Assembly: GCA_005223035.1 (NCBI GenBank)
Contig: NJBK01000011.1
Span: 2,339 to 66,338 of the forward strand
DNA length: 64,000 bases
From: Chloroflexi bacterium B3_Chlor
GTDB taxonomy: Bacteria; Chloroflexota; Anaerolineae; UBA7937; B3-Chlor
Direction: 5' to 3'
How positions within the stretch are numbered: position 1 is the stretch's first letter; every line of letters starts with the position of its first letter. The notes under the pieces are model-generated. The model was not told where the DNA came from. It ran no database searches and saw only the letters and a program-made list of their open reading frames with translations. The position numbers and the translations under genes are program-made. Positions 10,438 through 19,492 of the stretch are shown here, in pieces.

Positions 10438-13400
10438 ATGACCCACGCCCGTATACTTCGCGCAGTTCTGCTAGTTGCCATGTTGCTGGTGGTTGCCGCA
10501 CTCGCTGTCCCCGCCTCCGGGCAGGAGACGGTCCTGACAGACACCTTCGACGACCCAGCCCTACCCGATTGGGAGCACTCCCCTGGCGCGCAGGCTGTTG
10601 ACGGAGTACTACGCATCGAGCCCGGCGGTTTCGCCTTCCACGGCGGCTTGTGGGCAGACTTGTCCCTTACTGTCCGTGCTCGGTACAGCGGTGAGGGAGA
10701 GTTGCTGGTTCAGTATCGTTGGAGCGACAGGGGAGAGTATGCCATCCGCCTTGGCGGTGACTTTGTGGCACTGCATCGCGTAGCGGGCGGCGTGCCGAGG
10801 GAATTGGGCGCGGCGCCAACCTCTGTTCCCTCCGGCGAATGGCTGCAGATCGGCGTCACCGTAGCTGGCGAGACGCACCGGGTGGCACTGAACGGCCAGC
10901 CGGTGTTGAGAGCCACCGATCCCGACCCTTTGCCGCCGGGCGGCGTCGGCTTCCGGGTCGAGGGCGAGGCGACGGGCGAGTTCGATGACCTTGTGTTGAC
11001 CGTCGCCGCTGAGGCCCCACCTCCGGTTGAAGCCACTCCTATGCCTGAAGCGACCCCGGCGCCCGAGGCCTCACCCGCGATCGAAGCGTTGCCGACACCG
11101 GGAGTGATTTCACCCGGTGAGTTTACTTGGGTCCGCACGGGCGGTCCGCCCGGAGGCCTAGGCTACGACATCCGGTACAACTTCGACGATCCCAACATCT
11201 GGTACGTCACCGATAACTTTGCCGGCGTGCATGTCAGCACCGACAACGGCCTGACCTGGCAGCCGAGCAACACAGGCATTCCGGGCCAGGCCGGGCCCAC
11301 CGGAGATGCCCTCCCGATCTTCTGCTTGACGGTGGACCCACACAACCCACAGATCGTTTGGGCCGGTACAGATTTGACAGGCCATATTTACAAATCGACC
11401 GATGGAGGGCGCACGTGGGTGGAGAAGGACGAGGGTGTGACCATCGAGTACGACGGCCTCACGTTCCGTGGTTTCACCATTGATCCGCGAACCTCAGACA
11501 TCGTTTATGCGATGGCTGAGACCACCAAGTTTGGCTGGGGTGATCAAGTCTTCGATCCTCGGGGCGGCGTTGTCCACAAGACGACGAACGGCGGCGAATC
11601 CTGGGAGGTGATCTGGGACGGTGGAATGCCCTCCAGCCTCGCCCGCTACCTGTGGATAGACCCACGGGACCCAGATGTGCTCTACGTCTCCACAGGTATC
11701 TTTGACCGTGGCGCGGTGGGTCAGGAGGACTTGGAGACCGATCCGTTCGGCGGGTTGGGGCTCCTAAAGTCCACCGATGGAGGGCAGACGTGGAGGATCC
11801 TCAACGAAGAGAATGGCCTCGGGATGCTTTACATCGGTAGCTTGTTCATGCACCCGGAAAACCCTGACATCCTGCTGGCTGCAGCCGGCCACGTCGTCCC
11901 TGAGGTTCACTACGAACGTCTCTTCGCGGAGGGAAGAATCTCAGCAGGCATCTATCGCACGACAGATGGAGGTGAGCATTGGACCCAGGTCTTGGCCTCG
12001 CCACCAGACCTTCTCCTTCAGGCCTATAGCTCTGTCGAGCTGTGCCCCTCCGATCCCAACATCGCCTACGCGGGAAGCGAGATGGCTGTTTATCGCAGCG
12101 GGGATGCTGGCCAGACGTGGGAATTGGTTGCCGGAGGTGAGGGTGGTTGGGGGCCACCGGGTGTGCGTGCTGGTTGGCCGATCGACATGCAATGTGATCC
12201 GCGTGATGCCAACCGTGTCTTCGCCAACAACTACAGCGGCGGGAACTTCCTGAGCGAGGATGGGGGCCGGACCTGGCGAAACGCCAGCCAAGGCTACACG
12301 GGTGCACAGGTCATCCATGTTGGAGTAGATCCCTTCGATCCCGCGAAGGTCTACGCGGCCGGCCGCAGTGGCGGCTGGTACAGCGATGACGGGGGAACCT
12401 CCTGGCACGGCCTTCGTAACCCTGGGGAAGACAAAGCTGTGGCACCGGGAGAATGGCTGGCAGTCGCTCTCGACGCTTCTCGAGTCAACCACGTGTTGGT
12501 CGGCGGAGATGGTATTCTTGAATGGACCGAGGAGGAATCAAGATGGCAGACTCGAATTGTGCCGCCTCCCTTCGGTCCGACGGTGAGCGCGCTCGTGTTC
12601 GCACCTTCGGATCCAACCACTGTTTACGCGGGAGCGGGACATCATCTGACCATGATAAGTCCAGCGGTTGGGGAGATATTTGCCGCTGGCGGAGGATTGG
12701 CCGCTTCCCATGATGGAGGAACAACCTGGGAGAACATCACGCCGGAAGAACTCACAGACGCGATCATTTTCGACCTGGCAGTAGATCCCACCGATCCTCA
12801 GATCGTGTATGCTGCCAGCCGGATTGGGTTGCTCAAAGCGACCGATGGAGGGCTGCATTGGACGAGGGTGGCGCGTCTGCCCGAGCAGCAGCCAGTTCGT
12901 AGTGTAGCCGTGAGCCCGGCTGACTCGCGTTTTGTATTGGCAGGTGTCGAGGCGCAGGGGCTCCATCTAAGCACCGATGCTGGTGGGACATGGCAACACG
13001 TAGCTGCCGGGCTGGAGCCCAATGCTACAGTCTATGACATCGTCTTTGATCCCACGAATCCAGATGTGGTTTATGCCAGCGACCTGACCAGCGGAATGTA
13101 TCGCTCTGTTGACGCCGGACTGACCTGGATCCAGATCAACACCGGTCTGACCACTCGCGCCGTGATGGGACTGTCAATATCCTCGGATGGCCAACACCTA
13201 TACGTCGCCAGCAACGGCGCGGGCGTCTTCCGCCTGGATCTGGACGCCCAGCCGTCGCAGCCAGCATTGGAGGCGTCGCCAACCGTGCGCGTTGGTCCCG
13301 TTCTACCCGTCGGCACCCCATCGGAGGCCCAACCGACCGCGCCGCCCGAGGTGGTTCCCGTTCTCTGTGGAGGAGGTGGCATCTGCCCTGGGGCGGCCGC

Positions 13401-13452
13401 TCTGCCCGTGGCGCTGCTGGGCTTAGTCTGGGTCTCGCGTCGCAGGAAATGA
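10438..13452 (+). CDS. secreted BNR/Asp-box (VPS10/sortilin-like) beta-propeller protein with C-terminal membrane anchor
   Basis: Signal peptide; many SxDGGxTW Asp-boxes; C-terminal GGGICPG-TM-RRRK. Confidence 0.85.
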   Translation: MTHARILRAVLLVAMLLVVAALAVPASGQETVLTDTFDDPALPDWEHSPGAQAVDGVLRIEPGGFAFHGGLWADLSLTVRARYSGEGELLVQYRWSDRGEYAIRLGGDFVALHRVAGGVPRELGAAPTSVPSGEWLQIGVTVAGETHRVALNGQPVLRATDPDPLPPGGVGFRVEGEATGEFDDLVLTVAAEAPPPVEATPMPEATPAPEASPAIEALPTPGVISPGEFTWVRTGGPPGGLGYDIRYNFDDPNIWYVTDNFAGVHVSTDNGLTWQPSNTGIPGQAGPTGDALPIFCLTVDPHNPQIVWAGTDLTGHIYKSTDGGRTWVEKDEGVTIEYDGLTFRGFTIDPRTSDIVYAMAETTKFGWGDQVFDPRGGVVHKTTNGGESWEVIWDGGMPSSLARYLWIDPRDPDVLYVSTGIFDRGAVGQEDLETDPFGGLGLLKSTDGGQTWRILNEENGLGMLYIGSLFMHPENPDILLAAAGHVVPEVHYERLFAEGRISAGIYRTTDGGEHWTQVLASPPDLLLQAYSSVELCPSDPNIAYAGSEMAVYRSGDAGQTWELVAGGEGGWGPPGVRAGWPIDMQCDPRDANRVFANNYSGGNFLSEDGGRTWRNASQGYTGAQVIHVGVDPFDPAKVYAAGRSGGWYSDDGGTSWHGLRNPGEDKAVAPGEWLAVALDASRVNHVLVGGDGILEWTEEESRWQTRIVPPPFGPTVSALVFAPSDPTTVYAGAGHHLTMISPAVGEIFAAGGGLAASHDGGTTWENITPEELTDAIIFDLAVDPTDPQIVYAASRIGLLKATDGGLHWTRVARLPEQQPVRSVAVSPADSRFVLAGVEAQGLHLSTDAGGTWQHVAAGLEPNATVYDIVFDPTNPDVVYASDLTSGMYRSVDAGLTWIQINTGLTTRAVMGLSISSDGQHLYVASNGAGVFRLDLDAQPSQPALEASPTVRVGPVLPVGTPSEAQPTAPPEVVPVLCGGGGICPGAAALPVALLGLVWVSRRRK

Positions 13453-13456
13453 GCCT

Positions 13457-15172
13457 GTGAAGATCAAGAGGCTGGTTGCTCGATCGGCGCTGGTCTGTTT
13501 GGGCATGCTGACTTGGGCTGCTTGTAGCACTCCTGTGCCCAGCCCCGCAGCCTTCCCACCGGCCGTTCAGTCTCCTCTGCCTTCGGACACGGTGTCGGGC
13601 GTGGTGCTCGACGATGACGGCCCGGTGGCTGGCGCTACCGTGCGCTTGCAAGCTACAGAAAACAGTACAAAGACCGCCGCTGACGGTACCTTCACCTTGG
13701 CGGGTTTGAGCGAAGGCATCGCCGTGACCATCAGCGCCTGGAAGCACACCTACTACTGCGCCAAAGTCCAGGGGGTGGTACCTCCCGCCAGTGACATCGC
13801 TCTGACTCTGCGTCACTATCAGACCAACGACAACCCCGACTACATGTGGATACCCCCGACTGGCGACGACTCGTGCGCTAGTTGCAAGCCAGGGGTGACC
13901 GAAATCTGGCTGGAGAACGCCCACGCCGGATCTGCCAACAACCCTCGCTTCCTGACCATGTACAATGGCACCGACATGGCTGGCAATCAGAGCCCGCCTA
14001 CTCGCCGCGGCTACAGCCGCGACTATGGCTCCTTTCCTTTGCGGCCGGACCCCGACCAACCGTACTACGGCCCTGGCTACAAGCTGGACTTTCCTGACAC
14101 GGCAGGCAACTGTGCGGCGTGCCATACGCCGGGGGCCGCTGTTGATGCCGCCTATGGCACCGACCCGACTGCGGTCGCCGGTGCGGATACCTTTGGCGTG
14201 CACTGCGACTTCTGCCACAAGGTGGCCGATGTCCACGTGAACCCGGATACTGGGATGCCCTTCCCGAACATGCCCGGCGTCCTGTCAATGTATGTCCGAC
14301 GGCCTTTTCCCGAAGATCCGGATCGCTACCAACTCTTCTTCGGCACGTTCGACGACGACAACGTGCCCGAGGAAGACACCTATCTCCCTCTGCTCAGGAC
14401 TAGCCAGTTCTGCGCGCCGTGCCACATTGGGGTGTTCTGGGACACTGTAATCTACAATTCGTTCGGTGAGTGGGTGGAAAGTCCCTACAGCGACCCCGAC
14501 ACCGGCCAGACCTGCCAGAACTGTCACATGCCCTCACCGGCTGTTCTGGACGGGGAGCCGATGACCAACGTGGCGCCGCACGCCGGCGGTATCGAGCGCG
14601 ACCCGCTGACCATCCACGGTCACACCCAGCCAGGCGCAATGGACGAGAAGTTGCTGCAAAACGCGGTCACCATGACCGCCACCGCCCAGCTTGAGGGCGA
14701 TACCGTTGTCGTGGAGGTGGAGATCACCAACGACCAGACCGGTCACCACGTCCCCACGGATAGCCCCCTGCGACACCTCATCCTGCTGGTACAGGCCACC
14801 GATGCCGGTGGCAACCAGTTGACGCAACTCGAAGGGCCGAGGGTGCCCGAGTGGGGCGGGACCGGCGATCCAAACGAAGGATACTACGCTGGGCTGCCCG
14901 GCAAAGCCTTCGCCAAGGTGCTGGAGGAGCTGTGGACTGAGATCTCGCCGTCAGCGGCATACTGGAACCCGACGCGCGTGCTGAGCGACAATCGCTTGGC
15001 CGCCTTGGCCACCGACACCAGCACCTACACCTTCGCCGCGCCGCGTGAGGGTGGTGCCATGGTGGAGGTCACACTTCTGTTCCGCCGAGCTTTCATCGAG
15101 TTGATGGATCAGAAGGGGTGGGATGTCCCGGACATCTTGATGGAGCAGCAGACGGTGCATCTGCGCCGCTAG
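13457..15172 (+). CDS. multiheme c-type cytochrome lipoprotein with carboxypeptidase-regulatory-like domain
   Basis: WAAC lipobox; CASCK, CAACH, CDFCH, CAPCH, CQNCH; GHHVPTDSPLRHLIL. Confidence 0.85.
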   Translation: MKIKRLVARSALVCLGMLTWAACSTPVPSPAAFPPAVQSPLPSDTVSGVVLDDDGPVAGATVRLQATENSTKTAADGTFTLAGLSEGIAVTISAWKHTYYCAKVQGVVPPASDIALTLRHYQTNDNPDYMWIPPTGDDSCASCKPGVTEIWLENAHAGSANNPRFLTMYNGTDMAGNQSPPTRRGYSRDYGSFPLRPDPDQPYYGPGYKLDFPDTAGNCAACHTPGAAVDAAYGTDPTAVAGADTFGVHCDFCHKVADVHVNPDTGMPFPNMPGVLSMYVRRPFPEDPDRYQLFFGTFDDDNVPEEDTYLPLLRTSQFCAPCHIGVFWDTVIYNSFGEWVESPYSDPDTGQTCQNCHMPSPAVLDGEPMTNVAPHAGGIERDPLTIHGHTQPGAMDEKLLQNAVTMTATAQLEGDTVVVEVEITNDQTGHHVPTDSPLRHLILLVQATDAGGNQLTQLEGPRVPEWGGTGDPNEGYYAGLPGKAFAKVLEELWTEISPSAAYWNPTRVLSDNRLAALATDTSTYTFAAPREGGAMVEVTLLFRRAFIELMDQKGWDVPDILMEQQTVHLRR

Positions 15173-15412
15173 GACTGGCTCGGACGAGAAGGTCCCTTCA
15201 TTGCCCTGAGAACCCGCGGGCCACTGTCAGAGGATCCTCGGGGCAGGGCCCATTCGATTCCCTAGTGGCGGCTCAGCTCAAGCCAGTTTGACGGTCCATG
15301 GATCGGCCCTGACCCACCTTGCACCCGCTGCGTACGGACACCAAGCCGTCGGTCATTTCGCCCTGAGGGGCTATGCTCCAGCTCTAGAATGCATGCCGAG
15401 GGCGGCTCGGCC

Positions 15413-15441
15413 TTGACACACGAGAAATCATCGGGTATAAT
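15413..15441 (+). promoter_or_regulatory. consensus sigma70 promoter of the recombinase
   Basis: Perfect TTGACA-17 bp-TATAAT. Confidence 0.8.
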
Positions 15442-15475
15442 TATTACGTATAAGGTGGCATTATCTGTCATAATT
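15439..15475. other. putative tyrosine-recombinase recombination/binding site (lox/dif-like)
   Basis: AATTATTACGTATAA-GGTGGCA-TTATCTGTCATAATT: 15-bp imperfect inverted arms (12/15) around a 7-bp spacer. Confidence 0.6.
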
Positions 15476-15514
15476 GGCCTCTCAATGCAAGGATAGTAGC
15501 GTCGAGGAAGCGGC

Positions 15515-16423
15515 ATGTCGACGAGTGAAACCGAGTTGCAGGACACTCTAGCGGCATATGAGAAGTACTTGGTGGACTCGGGCTTGTCGCAAGTGACTAT
15601 CACGGGCTATCTCGGTGATATCAAGCAGTTTGCCTCCTGGCTCGCCGGAGAGGGAAGGACCTCCCTGCTGGCAGGCACAAGTCAGGAGATTCGCCGCTAC
15701 TGCCTGCAGCTTGTGATAGCGAAAGCCCATACTCCCGCCACTGTAAATCGGCGCCTGCAAGCTATTCGGAAGTTCTTCAGATTTGCCGTGCACACGGGGT
15801 TGGTGGATGAAGATGCCTCCTTGGGGATCAAGTTGCTGCCACAGCCGCCGTCGGAAGGGCCACGAGGGCTTGATAGGTCGGAGGTAGAGCGCCTTCTCGA
15901 TGCTGTGCGACGAGGGGCTCCTCGTCTCATGAAGAGAGACTATGCGATAGTGCAGCTCATGCTCCAGACAGGGATCCGCGTGGGGGAGCTGACCAAGCTC
16001 AAGCTGTGTGATATCTCGCTGTTCGAGGACAAGCGTGTTCTGAGGGTCCGTGGGCAAGAGGCTTCTCAAGGTCGGGAGATCCCCCTTAACAGCTCGGCTC
16101 GCAAAGCCTTGGGCGCCTACTTGGACGAGCGCGTTGGGTCAACCAACGATCACCTCTTTCTCAGCAGGAAGGGGGAGCCCCTATCCGTGCGCTCAGTGCA
16201 GAGATTGGTCAATACCTATGCTCAGGCGGCAGGTTTGGAGGACGTGTCCACGTACACCTTGCGGCAGACTTACGGTCAGCAGATGCTGAGGGACACTGGT
16301 GACCTATCCCTGGTGGCTAGGCTCATGGGCCACAAACGGCTGGAGACAGCCATCAAGTACATTCTGCCGGGGCAGGAGGATTTGACGGAGATAGCCGAGA
16401 GGAGCTCCCTCAACGTCTACTAG
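15515..16423 (+). CDS. XerC/D-like tyrosine recombinase
   Basis: N-terminal TVNRRLQAIRKFF; TGIRVGEL, YTLRQTY (HxxR variant), LMGHKRLETAIKY. Confidence 0.9.
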   Translation: MSTSETELQDTLAAYEKYLVDSGLSQVTITGYLGDIKQFASWLAGEGRTSLLAGTSQEIRRYCLQLVIAKAHTPATVNRRLQAIRKFFRFAVHTGLVDEDASLGIKLLPQPPSEGPRGLDRSEVERLLDAVRRGAPRLMKRDYAIVQLMLQTGIRVGELTKLKLCDISLFEDKRVLRVRGQEASQGREIPLNSSARKALGAYLDERVGSTNDHLFLSRKGEPLSVRSVQRLVNTYAQAAGLEDVSTYTLRQTYGQQMLRDTGDLSLVARLMGHKRLETAIKYILPGQEDLTEIAERSSLNVY

Positions 16424-16552
16424 CTTTGACGGGGGACCACAAGTACCGACCCTGGTTCATTGGTGTTGTAAGCCCACCCTTGAGCCTGGAGGCCATTGCT
16501 GACTCGGCTACCCCGCCTGGTAGGCGCTGACGGCGGAGAGGACGCCGAGTAT
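16316..16552 (+). repeat. duplicated unit, copy 1 (recombinase 3' end + structured element)
   Basis: Colinear with 17540-17773; shared GGCAGGAGGATTTGAC, CAAGTAC and GACTCGGCTACCCCGCC. Confidence 0.8.
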
Positions 16553-16555
16553 TTG
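16401..16555 (+). ncRNA. candidate structured RNA, copy 1
   Basis: Hairpin TCCCTCAA..TTGACGGGGGA followed by helix ACTCGGC...GCCGAGT; same architecture as copy 2. Confidence 0.5.
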
Positions 16556-16962
16556 CATTATTTCTAGAGATGTTTATGGTAGGGGCAGCTGTGGCGGACC
16601 CTGGGGCAGAGAGCTGCGACGCCAGGCATAGATCCGAGTTGTCTAAGAGGAACTGCAGAGGGTTTTCTTGGATGAGTGAGGGCAGTGACACCGTCAAGAG
16701 TGGTCGCGAGAGCGGATGGTCGGCATCCCGGAGCGTGCAGCCTTGTGACGAGGGGAATACGGCGATCACTACAGGCAAGGACGGAGAGGACGACCGGGTG
16801 TCCACAGGCTTGCAGGACGGCGGTGGTCGAAAGGGACACGAAGACAATCCCGTGCGGTCGGAACTCAGATCTTGCAGCGTAGGTAGTGGGAGTGTCAGGG
16901 AGGTGGAGGATCCTCGCCGAGCGATTCGATAGTGAGGTCATTGACTAGAAAGGCAAGGAAAG

Positions 16963-17478
16963 ATGACACAACTCAAGATTGGCGATAAGGTCTTGCACCC
17001 TGTGTACGGGGCGGGTACGTTGATCTCCATCGAAAACCGAGGGACAGATGGCACGACCGCGAAATACTATGTCATAGAATTGGTGAAGGGGAAGGGGCGT
17101 CTCTTGACTCCAGTGGAGAAATCAGAGGAATTGGGATTGCGAAAGCCCGTCGAAAAGCGGGGTCGTCGCGAGTTGTCGCAGGTTTTCTCAGGGCGTCCCA
17201 GAAGGCTGGCCGAGGACTATCGAAAGAGACGGGGCATCATCGACCAGCGGTTGAGGGAAGGCAGCTATGTGGAGGTTGGTCGGGTGGTTCGGGACCTGTC
17301 ATGGGTCGAGAGGCAAGGTCGAGCCACCACAGGGGATCGTCGGTTGCTCCAGAGAGCGAAGGAGTCGCTGGCAAAGGAACTGGCCGCTTCCGATGCAATA
17401 TCGGAGGAAGAGGCTATGGAGCGGATAGAGGCGGCGCTAGCAGGAAGGCTGTCGGGCAAAGGGGACAAGGGAGGGTGA
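16963..17478 (+). CDS. carD: CarD-family transcriptional regulator
   Basis: IGDKVLHPVYGAG, YYVIEL, LGLR, VGRVVRDL, AKELA. Confidence 0.9.
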   Translation: MTQLKIGDKVLHPVYGAGTLISIENRGTDGTTAKYYVIELVKGKGRLLTPVEKSEELGLRKPVEKRGRRELSQVFSGRPRRLAEDYRKRRGIIDQRLREGSYVEVGRVVRDLSWVERQGRATTGDRRLLQRAKESLAKELAASDAISEEEAMERIEAALAGRLSGKGDKGG

Positions 17479-17539
17479 GCGAGGCCCACGGACCATTCGT
17501 TTGTCAGTGAGGTTGTTGCCGTGGGCGCCGTGCAAGGAG

Positions 17540-17645
17540 GCGCGGCTAATGGGCCAGAAAAGGCCATAGATGTCCACCACGCGTATCGAGCCAAGGCAGG
17601 AGGATTTGACAGGGGCGGGTGAGAAGGGTTCCCTCAGTCTGCACC
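17540..17645 (+). pseudogene. decayed remnant of a tyrosine recombinase C-terminus
   Basis: Translates ARLMGQKRP*MSTTRIEPRQEDLTGAGEKGSLSLH, colinear with the intact ARLMGHKRLETAIKYILPGQEDLTEIAERSSLNVY. Confidence 0.75.
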
Positions 17646-17778
17646 GGGTTGAAAGGGAACCGCAAGTACAGGTTGTGCACCCATCGACAGTGAACATGGT
17701 TTGACGCTGAGGTGTGTTGTCGACTCGGCTACCCCGCCCGGCAAGACCGCGAGGTGGAAGATGGGCCGAGTCTTTCTG
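17626..17778 (+). ncRNA. candidate structured RNA, copy 2 (rpsU leader)
   Basis: Hairpin GGTTCCCT...AGGGAACC, CAAGTAC, helix GACTCGGC...GCCGAGTC, T-rich tail. Confidence 0.5.
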
Positions 17779-17842
17779 TTGTTGAGACGGAGGTTTACGC
17801 AAAGATGAGATGTCACAAAGACAGGAGGATTGGTTTTTGTGA

Positions 17843-18031
17843 GTGACATTGAGACCAGGGGAGTCGCAGGAAGAGCTGCTGAGGCGTTGGCGCAAGGCGG
17901 TGACCAAGAGTGGCGTACTCAAGGCCGTTCGCAAGAGAAGGTGGTTCATATCCAAAAGCGAGCGGCGGCGTCTGGCAAAGGCCAGAGTTGTCCACAGGGC
18001 GAGAGGAAAGGCCGCCCGCAGACGGTGGTAG
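17843..18031 (+). CDS. rpsU: 30S ribosomal protein bS21
   Basis: GESQEELLRRWRKAVTKSGVLKAVRKRRWFISKSERRR; exact start uncertain (GTG). Confidence 0.85.
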   Translation: MTLRPGESQEELLRRWRKAVTKSGVLKAVRKRRWFISKSERRRLAKARVVHRARGKAARRRW

Positions 18032-18274
18032 ACCGAGAGGTCAGGGAGCAACTGACGTTGGGGAGGCTGGCAATTGAGCCTGGGTCCTTGACTACGGGGG
18101 GTTGAGAAGGCATCCGTGCGAAGAGCGGAGCCCGAGACTGGTTGGCCTAGCTCATGACCGAATGACCGTGGGGGGCCGGCGAGACGGGATCAGGGCGAAA
18201 CTGAGGAGTAGGAGAGGATCACGGTGGAATCAGTAGTTCTGGCAGCAGATATCCGTCACTGGATGTAGAATGGG

Positions 18275-19492
18275 ATGGTGATGCCTGGGAAACTGGTCCA
18301 GATTGAAGACTACGAACAGTTCGTCGGAGCGGAAACTGTCGAACGGGTAAGGGAGAAGGCGAAGCCGCTCAAGGAGCTTCACGTGGCTCACGTGAATTCC
18401 ACCTACTACGGTGGGGGCGTGGCTGAGCTGTTGTCATCGTTGACGCTGTTGATGAACGGTCTGGGGATCACGACGGAATGGCGCGTGATTCAGGGGGCTC
18501 CCGACTTCTTCAGTGTGACCAAGAAGATGCACAATGCTCTGCAGGGTGGGCGGATCAACTTGAGCGAGCTGAAGCAGGAGATCTACGAGGGAGTCGTGTG
18601 GGAGAACTCGGTGAGGAATCATCTGGATCACGACAGGGTGATCATCCATGATCCTCAACCTCTTCCGATGATCAGTCACTATCAGAAGAAGGGGCCTTGG
18701 ATATGGCGTTGCCATGTGGACTTAACCGAGCCGAACAGAGAGCTCTGGGAATATCTCACTCCCTTCGTCGAGAAGTATGATGCGGTGATTCTCACCCTCG
18801 AGGAATACAGGCAGGAACTTGTCACGCCGCAAGTGTTCTTCATGCCCGCCATCGATCCGTTCTCCATCAAGAACAGGCACCTGAGCGAGGAGGAGAGACA
18901 AGCACGCCTGGACTACTACGACATACCAACGGATCTCCCCTTGGTGGTGCAGATTTCCCGCTTTGACCGCTGGAAGGATCCGGAAGGCGTTATCGAGGCG
19001 TTCAAACTGGCCAGAGGAGAGGTTGACGCCACGCTGGTCCTGCTAGGGAACATTGCGACAGACGATCCAGAGGGCGAGGAAGTGTATCAATCGCTGCTGG
19101 GCTGTCAGGACGAACGGATCATCATCCTGGCCCGACAGGATACGGCGCTGGTGAACGCCTTGCAGAGCCGAGCCGCCGTAGTCCTACAGAAGTCTATTCG
19201 GGAGGGCTTCGGACTTACCGTCACAGAGGCGATGTGGAAAGGCACGCCGGTCATCGGCGGGAATGTGGGAGGAATCCGATACCAGATCGAGGACGGAGTG
19301 AACGGGTTCCTTGTATCGTCCGTGGAAGAAGCCGCCCAGCGCATGGTTCAGTTGATAGCGGATGAGGAGCTGCGAGAACGGATCGGGCAGAGGGCGAAGG
19401 AGACGGTGAGGGAGCGATTCCTAATGATTCGCCTGCTTGAGCAATACGTGGATTTGCTCGACTCTTTTGAGACGATCTATAGGCTGGCATAG
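18275..19492 (+). CDS. treT: TreT-like trehalose glycosyltransferring synthase (GT4)
   Basis: VNSTYYGGGVAELL, KKMHNALQG, IHDPQP, WRCHVD, SRFDRWKDP, REGFGLTVTEAMWK. Confidence 0.85.
   Translation: MVMPGKLVQIEDYEQFVGAETVERVREKAKPLKELHVAHVNSTYYGGGVAELLSSLTLLMNGLGITTEWRVIQGAPDFFSVTKKMHNALQGGRINLSELKQEIYEGVVWENSVRNHLDHDRVIIHDPQPLPMISHYQKKGPWIWRCHVDLTEPNRELWEYLTPFVEKYDAVILTLEEYRQELVTPQVFFMPAIDPFSIKNRHLSEEERQARLDYYDIPTDLPLVVQISRFDRWKDPEGVIEAFKLARGEVDATLVLLGNIATDDPEGEEVYQSLLGCQDERIIILARQDTALVNALQSRAAVVLQKSIREGFGLTVTEAMWKGTPVIGGNVGGIRYQIEDGVNGFLVSSVEEAAQRMVQLIADEELRERIGQRAKETVRERFLMIRLLEQYVDLLDSFETIYRLA

Noticed and set aside
16425-16545. c-di-AMP (ydaO) riboswitch call for RNA copy 1
   Set aside because: CGGGGGACC and GCTACCCCG resemble ydaO, but the GCTGAATC, GGGGTGAAT and CCCGA blocks are missing and copy 2 fits less well
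15515-18031. Prophage or ICE around the recombinase
   Set aside because: No phage, conjugation or replication genes, no tRNA target and no flanking att duplication seen
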